Of a DNA stretch of 64,000 bases, positions 37,626 to 48,175 are shown piece by piece (positions within the stretch are counted from its first letter, which is position 1; each line of letters begins with the position of its first letter). The notes under the pieces were generated by a model that saw only the letters and a program-made list of their open reading frames with translations, had not been told where the DNA came from and searched no databases. This DNA is from Gekko japonicus. Lineage: Eukaryota. Location of the stretch: positions 124,001 to 188,000 of the forward strand of contig NW_015161498.1 of NCBI RefSeq assembly GCF_001447785.1, given 5' to 3'. The translations under genes and the position numbers were made by a program.

Positions 37626-37968
37626 TAAAGGTAAAGAATTCCCTTGCTCAAAAGCCAGTTGAATCCAACTCTAGGGGGCGGTGCTCATCTCCGTTTCCAA
37701 GCCAAAGAGCCAGCACTGTCTGAAAACTTCTCTGTGGTCATGTGGCCGGCATGACTCAATGCCGAGGTGCATGGAATGCTGTTAACTTCCCACCAAAGGG
37801 GTACCTATTTATCTACTTGCAATTTCTTGCTTTCAAACTGCTTGGTTGACAGGAGCTGGGGCCAAAGACAGGAGCTTACTCTGTCACGCGCCACTAGGGT
37901 CATGAACTGCAGAGCTACAGACCTTCCTGTCTGAGCTCATTGTCTTAACCTCTAAGCCACTGTGGCCC
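37626..37968 (-). mobile_element. Sauria SINE, older diverged copy
   Basis: Colinear with 6881-7226 but with many substitutions. Confidence 0.82.
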
Positions 37969-38066
37969 CATAAAATGCACTTAATAGACTAGCAGTCCCA
38001 ATGCTATAGTCAACTACTGACATAATTATTAATACTATTTTAATTTTGTTTTACTTCGTTTATAGC

Positions 38067-38466
38067 CAGGGGTCATTTCCTGCAGGAGGGCACAGGAGCG
38101 GAGCTCCGGCAGTAAAGAGCCCAGGGGGTGGGCACATACAACAAGCCCCACCCCCTGCTCCCACAAGCCCTTAGTCANNNNNNNNNNNNNNNNNNNNNNN
38201 NNNNNNNNNNNNNNNNNNNNNNNNNNNNNNNNNNNNNNNNNNNNNNNNNNNNNNNNNNNNNNNNNNNNNNNNNNNNNNNNNNNTCGCAAACACAATGTTG
38301 ACCCTGCCCCCCCCCCCCAATAGCTAGCAATACAAAACAGTCCAGTGGAGCCTGAGCGGTGGATGTTGCCTTCTGACACACTTCCGGCGATGTCAGGGGG
38401 TGTGGTATATGCAAATGAGTTATGCTAATGAGCTCCTGCACCTCCTTTTCTACAAAATGACCCCTG
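38067..38466. mobile_element. hAT-type MITE family A (internal gap)
   Basis: Perfect TSD TTTATAGC. Confidence 0.88.
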
Positions 38467-41400
38467 TTTATAGCTCATCTTTCTTACTAAGACTCCAGTC
38501 AGATTACACAAGTAAATCATAGGTTTGATCCTATACTTTGATTCCACTTGTACAGAGCTGTCCTTTTTGGCAGAGCACATTCTTTCAGCATTAAGTGTTT
38601 CCATTCATGCAAGTCCACCATCTTTCAGTGAGCAGAAACAGCCAAATCCTAGAGAACTTGCCCACATGATGGCTGAAGAGCAGCGCAAGCAGAAGGAAAA
38701 TACAAGATCCATGCATTTGATGTTACACAGAATGAACTGGATAAAGAAGTCCAACTTTGGCTGAAAGACTTCATCACATCTCATGACGAGGACTTGCAAA
38801 CTACTTTTGTTAATCAGCTCATCCAAAATACATTTTATTTTGTAATAGCCAGTTTGCTACCATGAAGGGGTGTGGCCCAATATGCTAATGAGTTCCTGCT
38901 GTTGGTTGTGGCCTATTATGCTAATGAGTTCCTGCTGGGCTTTTTCTACAAAAAGAGCCCTGACTACATTAAAGTTGAAATCTAATGCATTTCAGCCACC
39001 AAGTAATAAATTGCTCAGACACAATACTAGCCCAAATATCTATGGTCTTGTACAGCAAATATCTAGGACATCTTAACAGGAAAAAAAAATGAGTATTTAA
39101 AAGCGGATTACCAAAACTTTAACATCACATGTGGAGAAAAGCTGAAAAAGATCACATCCCACCAGACATAATTACAGACCAATTTCAATTATTTGTCAAG
39201 GAACCATCAAGTGGCAGAAATTACAAACAGAAGCCTAGCAGTAAACTACGAAGCCCGTTCTTAACCATACTTCCCTAATCTAGCCCAGTTAACTTTGATT
39301 GTTCAAATCTAACGGTCCTTAAAGGAGAAGGGAAAGTACCTGCTGGGCTTTTTCTACAAAAAGAGCCCTGACTACATTAAAGTTGAAATCTAATGCATTT
39401 CAGCCACCAAGTAATAAATTGCTCAGACACAATACTAGCCCAAATACCTATGGTCTTGTATAGCAAATATCTAGGACATCTTAACAGAAAAAAAATGAGT
39501 ATTTAAAAGCGCATTACCAAAACTTTAACATCACATGTGGAGAAAAGTTGAAAAAGATCACAGACATAATTGCAGACCAATTTCAATTATTTGTCAAGGA
39601 ACCATCAAGTGGCAGAAATTACAAACAGAAGCCTAGCAGTAAAATACGAAGCCCGCTCTTAACCATACTTCCCTAATCTAGCTCAGTTAACTTTGCTTGT
39701 TCAAATCTAATGGTCCTTAAAGGAGAAGGGAAAGTAAAACAAGGAAAACATCAACACAGGACAGGACATCTTAAAACAAGCGGCCCCACATCAGGATTCC
39801 TTCCTCTTCTCCATGCATTCTTATTTGAATTTTGACCAGGGGTCGTTTCATAGAAAAAGAGCTAGGGGAACTCATTAGCATAACTCATTAGCATATGCCA
39901 CACACCCTGCCATCACCGGAAATGTGTCATAAGGCCACACCCCCTGACATCACCGGAAGTGTGTCATAAGGCCACACACTCTGCTCCCAATGGTCCCGGC
40001 CGCCACCGCCGGCCTTGCAGCTCCACTGCCGAGCCCCATGAATGGCCCGGCAGTGNNNNNNNNNNNNNNNNNNNNNNNNNNNNNNNNNNNNNNNNNNNNN
40101 NNNAGGGCAGATCTGCACGTTCCCCCCCCCCAATAGCTAGCAATCCAAAACAGTCCAGTGGAGCCTGAGCGGTGGGTGTTGCCTTCTGACACACTTTCGG
40201 CGATGTCAGGGGGTGTGGTATATGCAAATAAGTTATGCTAATGAGTTATGCTAATGAGCTCCTGCACCTATTTTTCTACAAAATGACCCCTGTTTATAGC
40301 TCATATTTCTTACTAAGACTCCATGCAGATTACACAAGTAAATCATAGTTTTGATCCTATACCTTGATTCCACTTGTACAGAGCTGTCCTTTTTGGCAGA
40401 GCACATTCTTTCAGCATTAAGTGTTTCCATTCATGCAAGTCCACCATCTTTCAGTGAGCAGAAACAGCCAAATCCTAGAGAACTTGCCCACATGATGGCT
40501 GAAGAGCAGCGCAAGCAGAAGGAAAATACAAGATCCATGCATTTGATGTTACACAGAATGAACTGGATAAAGAAGTCCAACTTTGGCTGAAAGACTTCAT
40601 CACATCTCATGACGAGGACTTGCAAACTACTTTTGTTAATCAGCTCATCCAAAATACATTTTATTTTGTAATAGCCAGTTTGCTACCATGATAAAATATT
40701 TCAAAACCGGGGGGGGGNNNNNNNNNNNNNNNNNNNNNNNNNNNNNNNNNNNNNNNNNNNNNNNNNNNNNNNNNNNNNNNNNNNNNNNNNNNNNNNNNNN
40801 NNNNNNNNNNNNNNNNNNNNNNNNNNNNNNNNNNNNNNNNNNNNNNNNNNNNNNNNNNNNNNNNNNNNNNNNNNNNNNNNNNNNNNNNNNNNNNNNNNNN
40901 NNNNNNNNNNNNNNNNNNNNNNNNNNNNNNNNNNNNNNNNNNNNNNNNNNNNNNNNNNNNNNNNNNNNNNNNNNNNNNNNNNNNNNNNNNNNNNNNNNNN
41001 NNNNNNNNNNNNNNNNNNNNNNNNNNNNNNNNNNNNNNNNNNNNNNNNNTAATGTGCTAATGAGCTGTGCTGTCAGGGGTGTGGCCCAATATGCTAATGA
41101 GTTCCTGCTGTTGGTTGTGGCCTATTATGCTAATGAGTTCCTGCTGGGCTTTTTCTACAAAAAGAGCCCTGACTACATTAAAGTTGAAATCTAATGCATT
41201 TCAGCCACCAAGTAATAAATTGCTCAGACACAATACTAGCCCAAATATCTATGGTCTTGTACAGCAAATATCTAGGACATCTTAACAGGAAAAAAAAATG
41301 AGTATTTAAAAGCGGATTACCAAAACTTTAACATCACATGTGGAGAAAAGCTGAAAAAGATCACATCCCACCAGACATAATTACAGACCAATTTCAATTA

Positions 41401-41696
41401 TTTGTCAAGGAACCATCAAGTGGCAGAAATTACAAACAGAAGCCTAGCAGTAAAATACGAAGCCCGCTCTTAACCATACTTCCCTAATCTAGCTCAGTTA
41501 ACTTTGCTTGTTCAAATCTAATGGTCCTTAAAGGAGAAGGGAAAGTAAAACAAGGAAAACATCAACACAGGACAGGACATCTTAAAACAAGCGGCCCCAC
41601 ATCAGGATTCCTTCCTCTTCTCCATGCATTCTTATTTGAATTTTGACCAGGGGTCGTTTCATAGAAAAAGAGCTAGGGGAACTCATTAGCATAACT
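38467..41696. repeat. Duplicated/triplicated blocks around gaps (38467-38865 = 40293-40690; 38866-39340 and 39339-39890 = parts of 41076-41696)
   Basis: Near-identical copies with few SNPs; hybrid MITE at 39837-40292 with mismatched flanks. Probable assembly artefact. Confidence 0.82.
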
Positions 41697-42000
41697 NNNN
41701 NNNNNNNNNNNNNNNNNNNNNNNNNNNNNNNNNNNNNNNNNNNNNNNNNNNNNCCCGGCAGTGGACCTGCAAGGCCAGCGGGAGTGCAAGGAAGCCCCGC
41801 AAAGGCCCTCCCTGGCCCCAGGCAGGCAGGGGTGGGGAGAGGCAGGGAGGAAGCAACTTACCCTCCCTCTTCTCCTGCCTCCTCCTGGCTGAATGAGGGC
41901 CGGAAGCAGGGCGGCCGGAAGCAGGGGGCGGGGCTTTGTCATGTGCCCCGCCCCCGTACCTCACCCAGGGGAACTGCGATCCCCCCCGAAATGACCTCTG
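41648..42000. mobile_element. hAT-type MITE family A2 (internal gap)
   Basis: Perfect TSD ATTTTGAC. Confidence 0.88.
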
Positions 42001-42289
42001 ATTTTGACGCTGCAACAGTAAACAAAGTAGTTCAAAACATTACAAATTTGGCTTGAACTGATTAAAAGTAACCAAACTGTGTCAAACTCATTTCTACCAG
42101 CAAACCTACCAAGTATACCAGCCAAGCACCCATTCCTAGGCCAGGCTGCATGTAATATCTCAGGAACAGCCTCTTCTACCATCTGCAGAGCACAGATGCC
42201 ACAAATACCATTTTACAGGAAAGCTTACTTGTATTTTAAAACATGCAGAATGGCTCTGGAGCCGAACTGTATTTTATGTGTTTCACACT

Positions 42290-42627
42290 ATATGTTATTC
42301 TTTCTAAAGTCATTAAATCTTTTTACAGCAAGATTTAATGCAATACCATCAGCAATTCTACATGGGAGATATAATAACACAGTATATACGGCTAGACTTT
42401 GCCATTGTAACTCTGGATGTATTGAGACAGTTTCACATATCTGCTTGCATTGTCAATTTTATGTAGATATACATTTCAGATTTTTAAATTCTATATGACA
42501 ACATGACGAATCTTCCTGATGCTCTAAAAGTGTACCGTCTTCTGAATGATTCTACTCCTGAAATATCAATGAAGGTAGCCGTATTTTTACAATCAGCTAT
42601 GAAGTTACATCAGGAAAAATTACCAAA
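42290..42627 (+). mobile_element. Decayed non-LTR retrotransposon C-terminus with CCHC zinc knuckle (clade uncertain)
   Basis: ARFNAIPSAILHGRY...RLCHCNSGCIETVSHICLHCQFY; related to 60440-60800. Confidence 0.7.
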
Positions 42628-43126
42628 TTACGGACACAGCGTGGGGAACCAGAAGAGGGCAAAGAGGAGGAAAAAGAAAGCAAATCTGAAGGTGAGTTGG
42701 GCTCGGAGTCTCCGGACGAGGACTCCCCTTCTGAAAAGGGGGCGGCTGCCCCCAAAAGCCCTTATAAACTGAGGATTAGAAAAGATAAGAATAAATAAGG
42801 GCTGAAGAACTCTGATTTGTGCCTGAAAAAATGTTGAAATAACTTGGGGATGCTCTGGGAATTTCTTTAAACAGTTAAAGGGATGGTTAAACGATAATTA
42901 ATCTAGCATAACCGACTAAGTTCATTGTATTATTAGTAGCTTTTTGAAAATAGCATGGTGTTAAGCTGATGTATGATCTCCTACTCTTGGGTTTTTAGTT
43001 AGTTGTGGGTCTTTTTTCTTTATTCCCTAGATGTAGTACCCTTTCCTATATTTTCTGTTGTAGTTTTGTAGTCTGAAAAAAACCCAATAAAAACCTCCCC
43101 CTAGGGGGATGAAAGAAAAGAAAAAA
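42628..43126 (+). mobile_element. TPRT-type retro-insertion with A-rich tail and 16-bp TSD (L1-like)
   Basis: TSD AGGAAAAATTACCAAA (42612-42627 / 43127-43142); AATAAA at ~43086; T-rich 3' UTR-like segment. Confidence 0.75.
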
Positions 43127-43515
43127 AGGAAAAATTACCAAAATGAGTAACACTCTGTAACAAATGGTGTGATGCAATATTATGCAATATTAAAATGATT
43201 TCTTCGATGTATATTTTTTCATTTATTGTAATAGTCTTTTAATGTATTGCTTTATGCCAATAAAGGCTAATATGGTGGTGGTGGTGATGATGACAACGAC
43301 GACAGCAACAACGACTTTTAAAAAACAAAATGCAGCTTCTGGGGCTGAAAATGGGTGGTGAGGAGACAAGCTTCTTTTTTCTCTACTGGGGGGAAATTTG
43401 TGACAGAAAAGTTTTCAGGGCTTTGCAGATATTCTGTCACTGTGATCATATAAAAGTTCAGAGAAACAGAGGAAGCAAAAAAAGAAACCCCGTCCAACTC
43501 TGGCATTATTTTAGG

Positions 43516-43786
43516 CAGAGATCGATTCGGGGGGGATCGCGGGGGATCGCAGTTCCCCGTGTAAGGTGCAGGGGCGAAGCCCCGCCCCCTGCTTCCGGCC
43601 GCCCCACTTCCGGCCCTCATTCAGCCAGGAGGAGGCAGGAGAAGAGGAAGGGTAAGTTGCTTCCTCCCTGCCTCTCCCCACCCCTGCCTGCCTGGGGCCA
43701 GGGAGGGCCTTGGCGGGGTGTGTGGCATATGCTAATGAGTTATGCTAATGAGTTCCCCTAGCTCTTTTTCTACGAAACGACCCCTG
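43516..43786. mobile_element. hAT-type MITE family A2, inverted
   Basis: Perfect TSD ATTTTAGG. Confidence 0.88.
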
Positions 43787-44457
43787 ATTTTAGGACTGGT
43801 GCCCATTCAAAGCCATTCTCTCATGTCCTGGACACTTGCCATTCCTTCATTCTAAATTGCTCCAGAGCCTCTCCCCACTCACACCCACCCATAGGAGTTC
43901 CGCACATGACAGTCATCACAAACATGCTTGGAACTGGGAATGGGGGGTACTGGCAATAAAAGGCTGATCAGGAGCAGTAAAATGGTTTTTTTTGGGGGGG
44001 GGGGATAGAATTTCAAAATCGGGATCACATTAACAAAACAAAATGACCTGATTAAGAAACTACACTTAAGTACCAATAGAGTGAGGTCAACCTATGCCAC
44101 CTATGAAAAAAGAATTAGGTTTGTGAAATTATGTAATAATTTTCAAATTAAATACTAAAAACCAAACATGGCACCCGCAATTTCATTTTTAATTTCAGCA
44201 ACCAAGTTTTCTTAATGGTGTGAACTGTATTGGCTTTGTGACCAAGCACATATTATGGTTGATTTCCATTCTAAAAGAAGTGGTAAAAGTGAATGCTGAG
44301 TAACTAGAAACAAAACACAGTGATCCCTTAAAGACATTAATTTTGAGTCATCAGATAATTTGTTCCATCAAGACTATGTTAAGGTGGGTATATATATTGT
44401 ATACACAAATGTTGGTTACATAATTGATAATTAATTAATCTCCCTTCTGAGACTTAC

Positions 44458-46818
44458 CTGCCCAGCAGCATTCGGGACCAGCTCCTTCCCACTCCCAGTC
44501 AAGACAGGAATGTTGGGGCTGAACACCATGAGGTCATTTTTGGCACCAGGCTCCCCACTCACCCCTGCCAGGATGTGGCTGTGGCGATTGGAATACGACC
44601 AGCTGCCCACTTCACTGGCACACACCAGCGTGGCTGTGCCAGGACCATACATCATTGCCTCCTTGGCCTGGCTCTGGCATCGCAGTGCCACATACACGAG
44701 GATCACCAGCAGGAACAAGCTGGACACTGAGCAGATGGCAATGATCAGGTAGAGATTAGCAGTGTCTGCCAGGGGCTTTGCACTCCCTCCCATCCTAGAG
44801 AGGCGGGCATCAGTCTGGGCAGCCTGGGCGCTGGCCACCAGTGACACACTGAAGGTGGCTGTAGTTGACAGTACCATCTTGCCATGATCCTTCACCAGAA
44901 CCAGCAGACTCTGGATGTTGCTGCCCTCTGCCTCCTCCAGAGCACGTGCAGTACTGATCTCACCACTGTAAAGCCCCACCCGCCAGGGGCTGCTGGTTGC
45001 ATCATACAACTCGTAGCGAAGCCAGGCATTGTAGCCAGAGTCAGCGTCCAGGGCATGGATCTTGCCCACCACATACCCAGCTGCCACTGGAACCTTCAGC
45101 AGACTGGGGGTATCCTCTGCTGGACCAGACACTGCAGGTGCATTGTCATTCTCATCCAACACAAAGACCTGGACGGTCACGTTGCCACACAGGGAGGGCA
45201 GCCCAGCATCCTTGGCCCTCACCCGGAACTCCAGCAGCTTCACCTCCTCGTAATCCAAGGGCTGCAGGGCATACAGCTTCCCACTCTCCGAATGCACCGA
45301 GATGTAGCTCGACAGCGGCCAGAGCTTCTCATCCAGCCAGTAGCTGACCAAGGCATTCTCCGCCACATCTGGGTCCGAGGCAGACACCGTGAAGATGTGA
45401 GCACCAGGTGGGTTGTTCTCCTTCACGAAAACAGTATAGGAGGGTTGTGCAAAAGTGGGTGCGTTGTCATTCACATCACTGATTGGCACCACCAGGCTGC
45501 TGCTGGCTGACAGTGGAGGGTCCCCTTGGTCTTGGGCAAACACCACCAAACTATACTCAGCCACCTGCTCCCGGTCCAGTGGCTTAGCCAGTACGAGTGA
45601 GTAGTAATTCTTGAAGGTGGATGTCAGCTTGAAAGGGAGCCCAGAGGGCCACATTGAACAGGTCACTTGCCCATTGGCCCCAGAGTCCCTGTCTGAGATA
45701 CTGATGAGGGCCACCACTGTCCCCGGTGGAGAGTTCTCAGGCACAGGCACTGACAAGGACGACACAGTCACTTCAGGAGCATTGTCATTCACATCCAAAA
45801 CCTCAATCAGAACTTTGCAGTGTCCTTTCATTGGTGGGATGCCTTTGTCAGTTGCTTCTACTCCAATTTCACCCAATTTAATGCTTTCAAAATCAAGTTC
45901 TCCATTTAATCTCATTTGTCCATTACTTGGATCTAAATTAATCAATGTTCCTAAATTGTTTGGATTTACACTTCGTATTGAATATGTGATATCTTTGTTA
46001 ATTCCTTCATCAAGATCTGTTGCATTGAGACTAACAATTACTGCTCCTATTTTTGCATTTTCCAAAAGTTTTATTTTATACACAGACTGATTAAAAATGG
46101 GTGCATTGTCATTTACATCCAGCACATTGATCACCAGATGAGCAGTGCCAGTTTGCTCTGGTTTGCCCCCATCAGTGGCTGTTAGTAATAAATTATACAC
46201 ATGAGTTAGCTCTCTGTCAAGAGGTTTCCTTAATACAATAACTAAAGACTCACCGGGTTCCTTGCTGTTTTGATAATCCAAGGTGAAATGTTCATTTGGA
46301 CTGATTTTGTAGCTGATGTGAGAGTTTGAACCAATGTCGTCATCAGAGGCTCCCTCTAGTGGGAAGGATGAGCCTGGAGGTCTAGACTCTGCAATAACCA
46401 GATTTTGCTCAGCTGCCGGGAATAGGGGCGCATTGTCATTTATGTCCTTGATCTCCACTTCCACATGGAAGACTCTCAGGGGTTTATCCAGGATCACTTC
46501 CAGGTGAATGGTGCATACCGGCATCTTGGCGCATAGCTCCTCCCGGTCTATCCGGGAATTAACAAATAAAATCCCATTCTGCAGGTTTACTTCAAAATAG
46601 TCTCTGCGGCCTTGGGACACCATCCGGAACATCCGAGGCATGAGTTCACCCACCTCTAGTCCCAGGTCCTGGGCAATGTGGCCCACGAAGGCGCCATGCT
46701 GGGATTCTTCTGGAACAGAATAATGGAGCTGCCCACTCCCCATTTCACAAGCGGTGTGGAGCAGAATCACCTGCAGCAGCCAGGATCTCACCAGGAGGCA
46801 TCGGTGCACAACAACCAT
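44458..46818 (-). CDS. Alternate protocadherin-alpha variable exon (787 codons; last before alphaC1)
   Basis: Intact ORF: signal peptide, QLHYSVPEESQHGAFVG, six cadherin repeats, TM LYLIIAICSVSSL, GSWSYS...DLMVFSP; phase-0 donor CAG|GTAAGT at 44458. PCDHA family; one-to-one orthology cannot be assigned. Confidence 0.96.
46348..46365 (-). promoter_or_regulatory. Exonic CTCF site (eCBS)
   Basis: Minus strand TTCCCACTAGAGGGAGCC over codons FPLEGA; strong CTCF core match. Confidence 0.75.
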
Positions 46819-46990
46819 AGCAACGGTAGGTTATATTCCTGGTTTTAAATATTATATCCACTCTCCAGATCTGACCTTAAATGGTGAGAAATGTTGCAGT
46901 ATCCATTCCATCTTCCTCGTACAGTCTCTTGTTCTTACTTGTGTGGCTGGGAGGGGCTTTGATCTTTGTCAGGAAGAGCCTTTCAGTTTT

Positions 46991-47014
46991 CAGTGGGCAG
47001 CGACATCTTGTGAC
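46991..47014 (-). promoter_or_regulatory. Promoter conserved sequence element (CSE / pCBS)
   Basis: Minus strand GTCACAAGATGTCGCTGCCCACTG with CGCT core, ~180 bp upstream of the ATG. Confidence 0.85.
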
Positions 47015-47643
47015 AATTAGTATAAATGCCCAATACATTTTTATCTTCCATTTTTTGATTTTTCGGATTTGTTTTATAATTGTGTTCTGTAATTTACCTG
47101 TAGTTTCATTATATTATTTTCTAGCATCACTCCAGGCAAAGTTAGTTCAGAGGGTTTAGACCAACAGTCTGGAACAATCATAGTACTGATCAACAAACCA
47201 GACAAAGTAAAAAATGGATTTTAAAAGGCCTCTAATGAACCTAGATGAACGTCATTTGGCTTCCACAGAGCTGTGGGTTAGAGCTATCAATTCAAAAGGT
47301 TTTATGCTTTCTTAGTATTGCAGAGATGTGTTCCCACTAGGAACACCTATAATATTTTCCACTTTGCTGTGTAGTAACAAGGGACCAAGTGAGCATTACT
47401 TTTCACTTGCAGCCCAAAGGAGAGGCCCATCAAGTCCACCTTACTGGCCTCTCTATTAACTTATGTCTATGTTTTTACATTGGGGCAGGTTTTTAATCAG
47501 TGGTAGCTTTTCTTTACACAAATCATAAGATATCACACACTTCCTTCAATCTGTTAAATAGACTTCTTTGGAGAGGTTAGTAACCAGTTCACTGGTTCAC
47601 AGCAAAATTATAAATCAACTCTAATTATTTAACATGTTGACAG

Positions 47644-47849
47644 CAGTGTTCCCTCTAAGCTGAGTTAGTGTGAGCTAGCTCACAGTTTTTTAGCCTCCAG
47701 CTCACAGATTTTTGTCTTAGTTCAGGAAGGATGGCTCCAAAGCGAACTGATTTATGCAGTAGCCAAATCACTTGCTCACAACTTTCATGCCCGTAGCTCA
47801 CAAAGTAGAATTTTTGCTCACAAGACTCTACAGCTTAGAGGGAGCATTG
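47644..47849. mobile_element. hAT-type MITE family B
   Basis: Perfect TSD GTTGACAG. Confidence 0.88.
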
Positions 47850-47909
47850 GTTGACAGCCTTAATATTAAATAATATGTTGTTTAGTTATGATTTAACTAG
47901 GAGTAAGGC

Positions 47910-48175
47910 CTGTTCCCTGGAAGGCCAGATAATGAAACTGAAGCTCAAATACTTTGGCCACCAAATGAGAAGGGAGCACTCACTGGAGAAGACCCTGATG
48001 CTGGGAAAGATTGAAGGGCAAAGAAGACGGGGACGGCAAAGGATGAGATGGTTAGACAGTGTCATCGATGCAACGAACATGAAATTGAGCAAACGTCAGA
48101 GGACGGAAGGCCTGGCGTGATCTGATCCATGGGGTCGCGAAGAGTCAGACTCGACTGTGCGACTGAACAACAACA
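47910..48175 (+). mobile_element. BovB 3' end, 5'-truncated
   Basis: CSLEGQIMKLKLKYFGHQMRREHSLEKTLMLGKIEG; (CAA)n tail; TSD AAGGCCTGTTC with 5' microhomology CTGTTC. Confidence 0.92.

Noticed and set aside
38525-40590. Twin 79-aa ORFs as duplicated small genes
   Set aside because: Non-ATG chance ORFs within a probably artefactual duplication.
44431-44457. C-terminal tails VSLRREIN and VSCSH (55547-55564) as true protein ends
   Set aside because: Read-through past consensus splice donors; the exons splice to constant exons outside the window.
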